Positions 1-12,790 of a stretch of 64,000 bases of DNA are shown here, piece by piece (within the stretch, counting starts at the first letter, position 1; each line of letters opens with the position of its first letter). The stretch is taken from assembly GCF_006345805.1 (NCBI RefSeq), contig NC_043001.1, forward strand, positions 12,710,001 to 12,774,000, in the 5' to 3' direction. The translations under genes were made by a program, and so were the position numbers. Origin of the DNA: Octopus sinensis (Eukaryota). Below the pieces are notes generated by a model, which made no database searches, was not told the origin of the DNA, and saw only the letters and a program-made list of their open reading frames with translations.

Positions 1-695
1 CATTTGCGTAACTCTCGATGCCAAAGTTCAGGACACTTCCCTCCAGGATCTTCCAGATGTATATTATGGCATATCTTTCCCGCCTACGCTCCAGGGAATA
101 TAATTTTAATCTCTTGAGTCTTTCCCAGTAGCTTACATTCTGCATAGAGGCTATCTTCTTTGTGTAGCTTCGTTGGGTCGCCTCAAGTTCTGTGATCAAC
201 TTGACACTGGATGGTGACCATAGCTGAGAGCAATAATCAAGTGGCTTAGGACAAGTGTCTTCCAGAGGACCATCATGGTTTCTTGTTCTCTTGTTCTAAA
301 GGTTCTAAGAATCCAGCCAGCCAGCCGTCTACATTTCAGTGTCAGTTTAGCAACATGTACATGAAAGGTCGCGTCATCACTCATGTGAATACCCAGGTCA
401 CGCACTGATTGTGCCTCTGGGATTGCAATCCCTCCGGGTCCAGTGTATTCATGGGTATTGCATTCAGTTTTGCATGCTGATAGTATAAAGCTTGAAACTT
501 TCCAGCATTGAACTGCATGCTATCTTTTCAGCCCACTTGTATATTTCGTCCAGCTCACATTGCAGGTGTTTAGTGTCCTCAGGGTTCTGTATTGCCTGTG
601 AAACTTTTGTATCATCTGCATAACTTATGATCGTGGCTCTCTGCGTGGCTGAGGGCATGTCTGAGAGGGCCATTATGAACAGTAGTGGTCCCAGA
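1..695 (-). mobile_element. 5'-truncated CR1/L2-group LINE, RT C-terminal half with frameshifts; continues beyond the window start
   Basis: Minus-strand translation gives LGPLLFIMALSD..IISYADDTK..LQCELDEIYKWA, then RDLGIHMSDDATFHVHV..WILRTF..LWKTLVLSHL, matching the GPLLF/YADD motifs and thumb region of CR1/L2-type ORF2. Confidence 0.9.
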
Positions 696-696
696 A

Positions 697-710
697 CATA
701 TATATTTACT

Positions 711-746
<36 letters not shown>

Positions 747-751
747 TTATT

Positions 752-850
<99 letters not shown>

Positions 851-880
851 CATTATTTTTATTATTATTGTATATATATA
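697..880. repeat. (TA)n microsatellite, interrupted
   Basis: Direct reading; source of the IYIY ORFs 627..881 and 685..951. Confidence 0.95.
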
Positions 881-944
881 ATATTGCCTATTATTTAATA
901 TGGTTGTATCTACATCTCAGCAAAATAATTAGTATGATTGTCAA

Positions 945-1223
945 AATTTAAGAGATGGAGATATGTGGGAGTTAGCAATTAAAACCGAAGCATCCCTATT
1001 GTTTTAAGTGTCCTGAGAATGATCAAGAAAAGTAGTGACACATTATTTGACCAGAAATCTGAGAAACCAACAATATACGGGACTTAAAATTTTCTGTTGG
1101 CCTGAACCACTGACATTCTCTGGCAGTTTCTTTCCATCTAATATATACGTGCATTCGATCTCTCGTTGAGTCCCGGTCGGAGGACGAAATGCAATGCAGA
1201 TCAATCGGTATAAAATAATAATG

Positions 1224-1281
<58 letters not shown>

Positions 1282-1290
1282 TAATAGACA
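945..1290 (+). mobile_element. 3' end of a Dong/R4-type (RLE) LINE with (AAT)n tail, degenerate
   Basis: MWELAIKT then, after a frameshift at 992, IPIVLSVLRMIKKS..PTIYGT*NFLLA*TTDILWQFLSI* resembles the recalled C-terminus of R4/Dong ORFs (IPIVIGALG.IKK..TA.ILR..LSI). A short 3' UTR runs into (AAT)n at 1215-1290. Confidence 0.6.
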
Positions 1291-1599
1291 ATATGAAGAG
1301 CGGGGTGCAATTGATGTTTTATTAGTTTGAGCAATATTTCGACAACTTGCCTGTCTTTACGAAGCCGAGTTCAAGATGAAAAGTGATGTTCAGAAATTCA
1401 AAATTATATGAACGCAATTTATTCTGCGTTTCCACTTTGACAGAATGACATTGATCTCAATCAATTTTATAAGTGGTAAAAAGAAAAATAAGATAGAAAA
1501 TAAAGGGAAAAACATGAAAAAGGGAAAAAGAAAGAATATTTTATCAGTCTTGTGTAAATATGATGAAAGTCTGTTGATATTTTATTGATTCCTACTTAT

Positions 1600-2900
1600 G
1601 TGTTCTCAAGCATTTTGAGGGGTTTGTTCCATGGGGATTTCCGACACATTGTTATATTTTTTCCAAAAAAATGGCCTTTGTAAAACGGTCATGCAAAAGT
1701 ATTCCATTAAAATTTCTCTGTAAGTTATTGAGGTTTGTGCTAGGAAGTAACACAATGAGGCTTCGACAAAAACTTTGCCACCAGACGAGGGGCTGCGACA
1801 TTGGTACTGACATGGCAGTTAGTTTTGCTAATTTCCTCATGCCAAAATTCGCGACACAGTTACTGAAGATATTCAACTCTCAATATGGTTATGAACAAAT
1901 ATTCTCATTACTGTCCGTTGATGATATTTTTTTCTGTCTGGGAAGAATTACATGGTTGTTTAATTGAATGTTTGAATTTCTGCGACTATTATACTAAATG
2001 CTAAGACCTTACGTGTAGTTTTTTTTGTTTTTTTTTTTCAAAAACGGGCGTTCAGGTTTTGAACACAAAAGTGAAGCTTTCTGGAGGTAAAATAGTGACA
2101 GAGATATTTTGCAAGCCCACGTCATCCCACGCCTAACTACATCGCCGCTACCATCAACCGCATAATATATTTCAATTAAATCTGAAATCCCTATTTCCTA
2201 GGCAAAATCGGAGTTGTAATGGTATAAGAGATTACTGGAAACATGCAAATGCTTTTGTACACCATTATGTCAAACGCGGTTACAGTGAATTACGATTAAA
2301 GAAATTGCAAATGACATAGCTAAGATTAGCAAGGAAAATCAAACATGCAGGCGTAATTTTATCTAACAAAATGAAAATATGTGATAGAATTCCTTTAGGG
2401 ATTAACAGTCACCGAAATTTTGCTTGCATTTCAAAAGTGTTACACGAAAGTTACCAGCATATTGCTGAAGATATCCTCGTTTCAAATAAATATACCCTCA
2501 GCCGCCTATTGTAGCCTTTAGACGAAATAAATATATACGAGTACTTTGAAACTTTACTTCTGAAATCATGAAAACTAGCATTAAAGATTTGAATGCTGTA
2601 CCTTGAAAAATAGCCGCAAGAGGTGTAAGATTTTGAAACAACATAAGTCGAGTCAATTCCGTCAGGAATCATCACCAAAAAATGTATAATATAAGTTATA
2701 TTAAATATATAGATACAATAAATGCATATATGTAAACATATAAAAAATGTCCGACTTACACAGAATGCAAATTGCATAGAGAATTAATGGTGTTGATGTA
2801 AAGTATAACAAATTCAACAGTTGATTACTGAGGCTTGGTGGTCCATAATCGTAAGATGAGCCGGGTCTCTATCTTCACGGAGGGCATCTTACATTTGGAA
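1600..2900 (+). mobile_element. Degenerate Penelope-like element (Poseidon/Neptune type), RT and GIY-YIG remnants
   Basis: LLRFVLGSN..HQTRGCDIGTDMAVSFANFLM..SVDDIFF (RT core); VLNTKVKLSGGKIVTEIFCKPTSSHA*LH from 2050 (thumb); IYPQPPIVAFRRNK near 2510 (PLE PPIVAFRR motif). Many stops and frameshifts. Confidence 0.75.
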
Positions 2901-4717
2901 TTTTAAAGGAAAGATGTTAAAAAATGGAATCCCATATAAACATTCTGTTATGCCATTATGATTATGCATTGCGATTGATGTTTGCAGAACGTGTTAATAT
3001 ATTTTAAATGCTTCACTTAGTTGCAAATTATTTAAAATAGAACATCTTTATTTTACAACTTTGGAATGTTCATGAAGAAACTCATAAGTGATTTCATTTT
3101 TATTTATCATTATTCACAATTATACATTTTACATTGTATACAAATATTATTTGGGAAACATTTAAACCTATTTTCAGCTTGCATTTTGTCTCTATTATGA
3201 ATTCTAAATGGCATTTTGCTCTTATGCAAATTGATTGGAAATAATCGTTAAAGTTTCTAGTCAAATAAACACACCACATTCTATTTCATTCGCTGATTCA
3301 TATAACTCTGCGTTTTCTATTCTGGAAATTTTAGAAGCCCCTGTTCTAACGCATTTCTCTAACATTCATGAAATATTTACGATTTCAAAGGCCATAATAA
3401 AACAGAATAGTTTGCACAATATCGTGCATTTTCCAAGCAAACATGAATATCATTAGAATTAAAATTTATGTGGCTTCAATCTACACGTCTCTTTAATATT
3501 ATCTATTTTCATAGAGATTTTTAAATATATGCATATACGCAAGTTAGCGAATTTTCATTACACAAATACATACACACGTATACCTACACACACACACATC
3601 CATACACAGGATTAAATACACACACATGCTCACAAGCACGCGCACATAAAAACGGAAGCACACACACATACGCATACACATACACACATAAGCCGAAAAT
3701 GCAGGTTAAAATGTAGGCGTAAGGAGCCTGTTTATATGAAATATTGCGTTTACAAAATAGTGAATGATGTAATCATGACTCAGCTATACAGTAATTTCAG
3801 ACAAAAAATGACTGCTGCGATATCCTTGAATATTATGTAATATAGTTCAATAATATTTGTAGGTTGTAGGTACGTGCACAAGTATTTGAAAGATTTGTGT
3901 TGCGAAATTATATTATCACCACCAGACGACTCTAGCAAATAACTCAGTGAAAAATCATTGATTAAAATATGTCTAGCATCATTAGGAAACAAGATGAAAT
4001 GTGTTTAGTGGGGATTTGAAATTAAAAAAATATAGCGGAAAAGATATGATGGAGACGATGGTTGGAGCTTCTATGGTAGAGTTTTTAATTAAAGGCACCG
4101 AGAAAAATGAGCGACATAATGGTGATTACGCAACAACAACAACAACAACAACAACATAAAAAAAACAGATGTTGGTTTGATTTAAAGAAGGCCAACGTCA
4201 AGTGAAAAGTGAAATATATTGAGAGATAAAAACACTATAGTTGCTGTCGAGGCGTAGAGGTAATACAGTAAATCATAGTCATTCACAAAGATAATAAAGC
4301 AAAATAAAGAAGAAAAAATAGAGAAAAAATAAAGAAAAACATAAAAAGAACCGCTAGCAAGAGGTCAATCAAACTTTTTATCTTCATTTTTTGCTTCCAT
4401 ATCCACTCGAGGAATATTGTTTTTATAGCCTACTTGTCACATTACAGCATTTTACGTTTTGGATTTATCTGAGTGCGAACTAACTTACTATCTAGAGCAA
4501 ACTTTCTTTAATATTCAACATCTTCTCACACTCTCTCTCGCTTTCTTTCCCTTTCTCACTCTCTCTGTTTACCTCTCCAGACTCACAAACAACTATATAT
4601 ACATGTGTGTGTGTGTGTGTGTGCTTCAGTGTGTACATGTGTGTGTGTGCGTGTGTGGAATATGGTGCATATACATACATATATGCGACGGTCGTCAGGA
4701 AGAAGACATCGAAATCA

Positions 4718-4761
<44 letters not shown>

Positions 4762-4781
4762 GTGTGTGTGTGTGTGTATAC

Positions 4782-4826
<45 letters not shown>

Positions 4827-5018
4827 CTACACCGTATATTATATATTATTACATTTATTTCAGTTATCTATTATACATTTTTTACATTGTTTAAGGAAAC
4901 TATTTAATAAATTATTAAATATATAATTAAATTAAGAAAATACGAAGTACGCCATAATAATAATCTAATTATCTCGAATAATTTTCATTCATAAATGCTT
5001 TGTAAGATACTCCTACAG

Positions 5019-5230
5019 CTGTTTATGGCTGGCCAATATCATACTGCCCAGAGTGCGGCAGGACATCGACGTTTTACTGAGGATCAACGATTTGATCAGA
5101 TAAACCAGGCTGGAGGACTCCTCGACATGCATCGGTGGCATAATGTCGACAAACCGGTCTCCAATCCTTCTGCTCAACATACACAGACAGGCAGTGCTAG
5201 CAGTTTGAGCAAACGCTTCCCCAATAGCAA
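5019..5230 (+). CDS. Candidate coding exon of unknown product; strand and frame uncertain
   Basis: GC-richer unique island with ctcctacag acceptor, open 212 bp and a weak AA|gtgtgt donor whose phase 2 matches the next candidate at 5461. The in-register antisense frame is also open; no homology recognised. Confidence 0.25.
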
Positions 5231-5460
5231 GTGTGTGTGTGTGTGTGTGTGTCTTTGATTCTCAGTCATGAGTGTGTGAAGATCATACCATTACTGTCTT
5301 TTTCCTTAATATCTATGAACTATAATTACATTTCAATTCTATTGACTTTGGGTTGTTTAAATGTCTGAGTTAAAGAAATAAAAATAAGAGATGAAATCTC
5401 AAAGAAAATAATGACACCTCTCCCTTTTCGTTTCTCTTGTCTGTGTCGCATATCTGTTAG

Positions 5461-5551
5461 ATTGTCAGATGAAGTCGTTCGTTTGCTCCTACTTGACACT
5501 GCATCACCTTGTATATCACAAACAAGATCAAAATCAATTAAATATCAATAA
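5461..5551 (+). CDS. Candidate terminal exon (LSDEVVRLLLLDTASPCISQTRSKSIKYQ*)
   Basis: Long polypyrimidine tract 5417-5460 ending tgttag; phase compatible with 5019-5230. Confidence 0.2.
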
Positions 5552-6338
5552 CGATAAACAATCGCCGAAGACGAATAGAGATAATACAACCCATTCGTTA
5601 CTACGTGAAAAATATTCATTGTTTTAATGTAAATATTATTTGAATAAACGAAACAAATTTATCTAAGATCCCTATAAAATAGCTATTGGACATCGTTGGC
5701 TTTTGCCGTGAATACTAATGAGACACACTTCAATCCCCCTATTTTAAAATGTCTTCTGCTCTAGTAACTACTTAACCTTGACCTTCGAATAACATTGTTA
5801 ATCACGTCTTTCGACACCAGCCAACGTCTTGCAAATGTTTAAAACTATGTAAACAGTTGTTTGATAAATTTAAAGAGGGGCTCTTATACTTAAACGCACC
5901 GAAATAGGGAAAATAAAACCAGGTTGCTTTGGTTGATAAATCTATAACGAGGTATCTGTAAATCCCTGTGAACGGGCGAAAATGCTTTATCCCAGAGATT
6001 GATAGTCCGCCATTTTATATTCATTTTCTAAATATCGATGGAGTTCCTTCATTAAATTTACCCCCCCCCCTACAAATACTACTTGGCAGCCAACTTGCCA
6101 AAAGGAAACCTTTCATGTTAACATTGCCAGGAGACATATATAAACGATTTTCTTAGAACGATGGTCTAAAATCGAAACACATCCAAGCTGAATATTTCTC
6201 TGATATAATTTCGTTTAATGTAATCTGTTTCCAGATATAATTTTCGTATTGGATTTTGCGATTTGATGTTAGGTATCTTTGATTATCTTTAACAGATATC
6301 AATACACACACACGCACACACATACATTCCTATGCCTG

Positions 6339-6466
<128 letters not shown>

Positions 6467-6570
6467 TATTAATTCATATTGTAATTATGTGAATGTTTCT
6501 GTGTATAGTGAAGTGTCACTTGAAACAACGTAAAGTCATTGAGTACAATAGATAAATATATAATGCAAAC

Positions 6571-6704
6571 CCCTTCCAGACAAATTGGTGCCAAACAGGC
6601 AGATGCTCATGTAAATCTATTTCACATGTTGTCTTCGTCAGCGGCAATTCAAACAAAATCCTGTGTGCTGCCGTTTTCTTTTCATCTTCAAATCCACTGA
6701 TGTA
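6571..6704 (-). CDS. Candidate internal exon (YISGFEDEKKTAAHRILFELPLTKTTCEIDLHEHLPVWHQFVWKG)
   Basis: Good acceptor ttctcgttatttcag and protein-like composition; donor GG|gtttgc is weak; no homologue recognised. Confidence 0.3.
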
Positions 6705-6889
6705 CTGAAATAACGAGAATGCCAAGAACGAAATATCAACAATATCTTGTATATAGGAATGGAAGCAGTGTATGAGAAGACATAAGAATGATCGATATTT
6801 GTTTATTAATACATTTTCATGTCACACTACTAGTCGAGTACTTACGTAGGAAGATTATATTATGTATTCTTTGAGCTTTTGCGTGTTTC

Positions 6890-7090
6890 TGCCGTTGGAT
6901 TGCGGCCATGTTGGGGCAATGTCTTGAACGATGTTCTCGGAAAAGTTGATCTCAGTACATATTTCTATGTCTGAAACTTATTTTCTCAATATCTTCCCAA
7001 AGTTTTGACTTACGGGGGATGTAAACGAACAAGCACATAGTCTTAAACGTTTCTGACAAACACCAACTTCATGCACACAAGACACGCACG
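6890..7090 (-). mobile_element. Degenerate 3' part of the CORE-type (OR2-like) SINE
   Basis: gcggccatgttggggc..gacttacgggggatgtaaac resembles the tail of the copy at 57621-58032. Confidence 0.4.
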
Positions 7091-7127
7091 TAATCACACA
7101 TACACATACAGACACATTTACACATGC

Positions 7128-7163
<36 letters not shown>

Positions 7164-7195
7164 TTTATTTTAAGCAGAAGAAAATACGACAAAAT

Positions 7196-7233
7196 CTGTT
7201 ACTCTGAGTTTCTCGTTGCCGTTCATTAGACAG
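7196..7233 (-). ncRNA. Degenerate minimal type-I hammerhead ribozyme
   Basis: Reverse complement: CTGT-CTAATGA-ACG GCAA CGA-GAAA-CTC A GAG-TA-ACAG (G5 mutated); same family as 24566-24603; next to (TA)n. Confidence 0.6.
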
Positions 7234-8039
7234 TTTTTGCTAGAATGAAACAATATATATCAATTCAATCTAGACTCTTACAAACGCTACACCTTTAAAA
7301 AGAAATGGACTTGTTTGATTGGCCCTTCAGAAAAAAACGGTCAATCTTCGTGCGATAAACAAAAAGGTCAAAATATATATAAAAAAACTTATAAAAATTA
7401 TAAAATCCGAGAAAAAAACCTTACATTGGATAAAATACATATTGACGTTAATGAAGAAAGTATAAATTAATGCAATTAAACCTGTTATAAATATTACACT
7501 GCAATACATATTTATATTAAGATGTACATATATATATCAACATACACAAAAGGATGCACGCAAACGCCATACATATACAGACGTATGAATATAAATCTAA
7601 ATATACACATAAATGCATGTGTACATATATTCACGCAGACCATCTCGCACGCAAGTTAAAAATCATCTATGTAGCGATTCTCATATACTGAGTAAGGGGG
7701 GGGACGAAAGAAAGGAAGAGAGAGAAAAAGGAACGAAGGAGGGGTGGGGGAAAAAACGAAATAAGAAAAAATTATGTATACAAGCTGTGTAACGGCATTA
7801 TTGGCATATATGGAGACAAGTATACAAACACAAGTTCGAATGGATACATATACATACAGTCGTGTATATGTGTGCTTAAGCACAAACATACTCTCACTTA
7901 CACATACACAGATACGCATGCTTACAAATACATATCCTTGGCTATACACATACTTATATCAACATTCTAATTTTGACAACATTGCTTTTTTTAAAAAAAC
8001 ATTGCTTTTTTTAAAAAAATGGGTGCATTAATAAAAATA

Positions 8040-9724
8040 TATACGAATGACATATAAAATAAAATAAACACCCTATTTTGGATCATTTATAAATAATCAA
8101 GGTAATATAAATAATCAAGGTAATCATATACAATACAATAACATGAAAACAAAGTCGAAGGTTTTTCCTAATGTATATGTAGAAACATAAGACTTTGCTA
8201 TACGGATTAAGATCCGCATAGCTTGGAAACAAAATCCATCGTAGCGCTCATCGTTCAAGAGTCAAAGTCAAAATTTCAAAAATCAAAAATACAAAATATA
8301 TACTCTATCGATATGGTATATTTATATTCGACATTTTAAATTTAGCCGCGTGCCTACATAAGTTCATTAGCTCACTTCTTTGATTCAAAGAATATTGTCT
8401 TTGAATAAGATGTACATTTTCTCTAATAGACAAAGTTTGCACTTGAAATTATTTTTGTATGCTCCATGCCTGTATGGTGCCGCCCTGTCCAGAATGCTCC
8501 ATGTCACGTTGAAAGGTGGGGCTTCCTTTTCTTTTAGTTCCCAGACATATTTTGCTAGGCTGGTCCTCTTCCTATTCTCTGGGTATTTAAATGAATTTTT
8601 ATGAGAATAAAATCTTGTTTTAAATTAATTTTCTGAAGCCTCTGTGTATGTCTTGTATTCCGATGAGCCTTCCACTTGCACCTTGGCTCTGTAAACTACT
8701 CCTTTCACTAGACATTTCCCTTCTAACGGACAGGAGCTTTCGTTTCTGAAATTGCATTTCTTAATGGGCTCGGCACCATGTCTAATCTCAATTAGCTTCC
8801 TATTATGTTGGCTAATGTAAGAGGCGAAATTTCTGCAACAAGAATAGCTAACCTTCAGGGTTCTTCTATTAAATATCCTATAGAATTTATGACCGTGCTT
8901 AAAATGCTTAGAGACTAATCTCAAAAATTCCTTACCTATATTAGTCTTTACGGCCAAATTGAAAGCCGGGTTGAACCACAAAACTTTCCTGGTCCTAGTT
9001 CTTCGTGCAGCATTATTATCAGCATTAGGCTGGTTGAACTGGATCTTCTCAGAGAATCCACTATTCTTTAATGCGCTATCGTAATAAGGTGCAGCATTAT
9101 GGAATGCCGCCTCGTCCGAAGAAATTGAAGATATTCTTCTACCTACATTGCTGACTAAGTTGCTAAGGATAACTGGTGGATGGTTCGAATCTTTGCTAAT
9201 ATACGATAGCTTTTCATTGGGCTTACGGAAAGGTTTAAATCTATCCGATCTTACATTAAAATTTACGTCTAAAAAATCTACACTATTCAGGTTAGCATCT
9301 ATCGTAACCCGTAAGCCCATCCTTTGAAAGAAAGCTATGAGGTCCTTCCTAAGTCTATCTGATTCATGGCCGTTTAGATTATGCGTGGCTATAAGGCCGT
9401 CATCCCTATATAAACCTGCATCTATAAATGGGAATTCTATTTTTAGATTATGGAGAATAAAGGTTCCTATGAGCATACATAACTCAGCCCCGTCGTATGC
9501 CCCCATCGGTACATCGAAAAAAGAATCCTCAGTCTTCTTAATCCAGGTGGAATCCTCGAAAAAAAGAAGCGATTTCCTCGCATGCATAATAATAATATCA
9601 ATTTCCGAGCTATCGATGTTGACATACTGCTTGGCGAAGTCCAATGCCCTTAGGAGCAACGTCCTAGATATTGACGGGTAAAAGTCAATAATGTCGAATT
9701 GTGTGAAACTACAATTATTCTTAT
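8040..9724 (-). mobile_element. Penelope-like element, Naiad-like, 5'-truncated: RT plus C-terminal GIY-YIG endonuclease and 3' UTR
   Basis: FDIIDFYPSI, PMGAYDGAE, GLYRDDG, FLDV, SNHPP, RKVLWFNP. The endonuclease continues past the TAA at 8625-8627 as FKTRFYSHKNSF..VWELK..WSIL..CKLCLLEK and, after a 1-nt frameshift near 8385, LNQRSELMNLCRH. The 3' limit is approximate. Confidence 0.92.
8310..9724 (-). pseudogene. Disrupted Penelope RT/GIY-YIG ORF (one nonsense codon, one frameshift)
   Basis: Manual translation beyond track ORF 8625..9845; YIG motif reads YTE and the CxC motif reads CNF. Confidence 0.88.
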
Positions 9725-9741
9725 ACACACCCACTCCTGCG

Positions 9742-9743
<2 letters not shown>
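9725..9743 (-). mobile_element. 19-bp SINE head fragment fused to the Penelope truncation point
   Basis: acacacccactcctgcgcc, identical to 9912-9930. Confidence 0.75.
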
Positions 9744-9780
<37 letters not shown>

Positions 9781-9788
9781 TATATATA

Positions 9789-9930
9789 CTGTCTACCAAA
9801 TCTACTGACAAGGCTTTGTCGGCCCGAGGCTATAGTAGAAGACATTTATCCAAAGTGACACACCATGGGACTGAACACGGAACCAAGTGGTTGGTAAGCA
9901 AACAACTTACTACACACCCACTCCTGCGCC
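9789..9930 (-). mobile_element. CORE-type tRNA-derived SINE (OR2-like), 5' part
   Basis: Head ggcgcaggagtgg..tggt plus CORE-like segment; matches 55147 and 57621 copies. Confidence 0.85.
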
Positions 9931-9979
9931 TCTATATATATATATATAATACATAGATTGATCCTACTAAATAATTTGC

Positions 9980-10352
9980 AATGAACTCTTCCTTTTAGTT
10001 TTTTTCTGTCATTTGACTGCGGCCTTTAGTCGAGCTAATCGACCCCGGGACTTTTTTTTGTAAGCCTATTACTTACTCTATCGGTTTTGTTGCCGAACCG
10101 CTAAGTTATGGGATCTAAACATTCCAGCAACGGTTGTCAAGCGATGTTGGGGAACTTACACAGACACACAAGCATAGACACACACATACATATATATTTA
10201 TACGTATATACGACAGGCGTCTTTCAGTTTCCATGAACCAGATCCACTAACAAGGTATTGGTGGGCCGGAGGCTATAGTAGAAGACAGTGGGACTGAACT
10301 CGAAACCATGTGGTTGGTAAGCAAGCTACTTACCACACAGCCACTCCTGCGA
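9980..10352 (-). mobile_element. Near full-length OR2-like SINE with internal microsatellite
   Basis: Head, CORE-like part, (TA/CA) spacer and tail gtcatttgactgcggcc; collinear with 57621-58032. Confidence 0.85.
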
Positions 10353-11489
10353 CTGCATATATATTTCCGTAATCTATATGACATTATTTTATTGATGTTT
10401 ATGAATTAACTGAACAATTATTTTAATCAGTTATTGTACTTGAGATTCCATATACCAACTTTCTTCATCACAGAATACTCTTCTTTTCTAGTTAGTTACA
10501 TGGAAGTACAAAATCTTCGTACAACTCTTAGGTGACTTTGAATGCTGTTCTTTATATTGATTTTCTGAATGTTTTTGTGTGTTAGCTCTTAAATTTTAAG
10601 TTTTATGAAGGACACCAAACATCGTACTTTAGTACGTGTATGGTAAGTCCACTAGATTATACTCGGTGTTAAAGTAACTTACGTATTTCGAGTCAGCAAG
10701 ATTCCGCTGCCAGAGATGAAATTAATATACATACAAAACATTCATGGCATTGTGAAACAGTTTCATTATCGACACTGTGCATGCATTGTGGTTATTAATG
10801 CGTCGTCATCAACCATGAAGTATTATATAAATTTTCTTATCAGCGCAATAATCTAGTATAAATATGTTTCATCTGCTTCCGCTGTTTCTGTTCGGAAGCT
10901 AAGGAGATATAAACGACGACGCATGATCCGCGTACGATGAATGGTGAAACTAATTAGGATGATTCATATTTCATCGTTCTAAGCACAGGGTTTGAACAAA
11001 AGAGGATCTCTTTTAATATAAACCCAAGATATAAACAGATAAGTTACTAGACAGGGGATTTAAATATGAGAACAGAATAAAATATGCCGCATTCTCTTAC
11101 CATTAAAAGAATAATGAGCTCTCATTTACATTTACGTTTACTCAGAGATAATGCTTTTCACTACACCTCCTCCGCTTTTTCTTTTCCTCTTTCCTATCTT
11201 TACTACCAATTCTTATCCATTCCCTCTCTTCCTTGGAATTGTCTGTTTGCATCTGACAAACGGCGATATCCGAAACTCTAAAATTGCACTCGGTTACTTC
11301 TTTTACTGCATAGATTTTGGCTTGGTCGAGCAATAACCTAATAATATTACTCACGTATCCATACATGTATGCATGTTTGTGTATATGTATTCCCGCCTTT
11401 GCCGTGAACAGGTATTAATCTTCTCTCTTCGCTCCTCTGCAATACATGGCCTCAACTCGCCTCCTTACTTCATCTGACACCTATTTCCT

Positions 11490-11875
11490 CTCGTCACTCC
11501 TATCTACCTTTCCCCCCTTTTGCTCTGACACCTGCTCCCTCTGACACCTTCTCTCTTCATTGATACCCATCCACCCACACCCCCAAACCCACACCCCACT
11601 CCTACATACCCCGCATCTACACACACAGCTCAACTCCACACTCACATCCCCACTGCACAACCCCACATCCCCAGCCCGCATCCACTTCCCCCACCATACC
11701 ACCACATCCCCATTCCACATCTCTACACCGAACACAGCACAAAGACTACACCTCCCAAACCACAAACCCTACACCCCTACAGCACACTACATCAGACTAC
11801 CATACACCACTCCACACAGACTAGCACTGACCACTTCCCAGCACCCACACCACACAACAATAATTGCTTCGATGC
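11490..11875. repeat. C/A-rich low-complexity tract (CCCCAC/CACAC units)
   Basis: Direct reading; explains ORFs 11481..11765 and 11560..11880. Confidence 0.8.
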
Positions 11876-11889
11876 CCTAGGGAAGAGAT

Positions 11890-12000
11890 GCGCACTAACC
11901 CTTCACCCTTTTCGCAGAATCAAAAGTCATTTTCTCTGGCTGAGCTTTCACAACTCTTCACAATTTCGTGGATTCTTCTGACGAACTCTTCTCTTTAGGT
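11890..12000 (-). mobile_element. Tc1 transposase C-terminal remnant (left arm of a fold-back relic)
   Basis: LKRRVRQKNPRNCEEL resembles the Tc1 post-catalytic helix. Confidence 0.5.
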
Positions 12001-12029
12001 CTTTCCACATCTGTGCAATGATATTTCAG

Positions 12030-12150
12030 TCGACTGTGTCTTTTACCGTTGCGGGGTCGATAAATTAAGTGCCAGTGAAACACTGGGTCGATGTATCGAA
12101 CTAGTCCCTCCCATAAAATTCCAGGCGCTGTGCCTATAGCAGAAAGGGAT
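12030..12150 (+). mobile_element. Degenerate Nin/Deu-domain-like SINE
   Basis: ggggtcgataaattaagtgccagt..ctgggtcgat plus tail B. Confidence 0.7.
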
Positions 12151-12365
12151 ATTAAAGTTATCGTCAATTAAAAGGAAAAATTCTTGCACCATCAATTTTT
12201 ATGTATCCCCAAAGTTTCAAGCTCTTACCTCCAAACGTCACTACTTTAGTCGTGTAATGCGGGTCGATTCGCTTTCTAATAAACAAGAATTTTGTTAGAA
12301 GGCCTCCAGGAATGCAAACCGACCCGCGTTACACGACAGAAACAGTGACGTTTGTGGGAAGAATT

Positions 12366-12790
12366 TAATGCTTTGGGGATACAAAAAAATGAGATGGTTC
12401 AAGAAATTTGGTTAAGATTGGCGGTACCTTGTATAGTGCCAAATACATCCAGTTGCTGAAAGACAATTTGTTACCAGACATGGACGTAGGGGAGATTTTT
12501 CAGCAAGACAGAGTATCATGCCACAGATCACGTACCACACAACAGCGTCTGTATGGTGAAGGTGTTATCGTATTGAAAGTTTGGACAGCTCAGAGCCCTG
12601 ACATAAGTATCATCGAGTAAATGTGAACAGAAGTAAAGAGATGAGTTTCTCGGCGCGCAAAAACGAAGGCTTTTGAAAAGTGACTCCAATTGTAGTTGAT
12701 AGAACTGTGTACATGTTCAATTTCATGCGGCCGTCTCGTGTACAGTTCTGCATATTATAGTTGCTAAGACGATCACACTGACGATTTTGC
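12366..12790 (+). mobile_element. Tc1 (DD34E) transposase relic
   Basis: LVKIGGTLYSAKYIQLLKDNLLP..IFQQDRVSCH..WTAQSPDISIIE matches FQQDNAPCH..WPAQSPDLNPIE. Confidence 0.85.

Noticed and set aside
1157-1202. Hammerhead-like GTCC..GGAC-GAAA
   Set aside because: No CUGANGA core; lies in the 3' UTR of the Dong/R4-like fragment
8040-8780. Selenocysteine recoding and SECIS, reported for some Naiad elements
   Set aside because: Cysteine positions use TGT/TGC and the premature stop is TAA; no convincing SECIS stem. TGA codons in the 35835 and 62380 relics are at non-cysteine positions
9725-9845. N-terminus of the 406-aa ORF as real protein
   Set aside because: Derived from SINE and (TA)n; the Penelope part starts at 9724
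11250-11295. CTGACAA..CCGAAACTCT hammerhead-like string
   Set aside because: Core, stem I and stem III all imperfect
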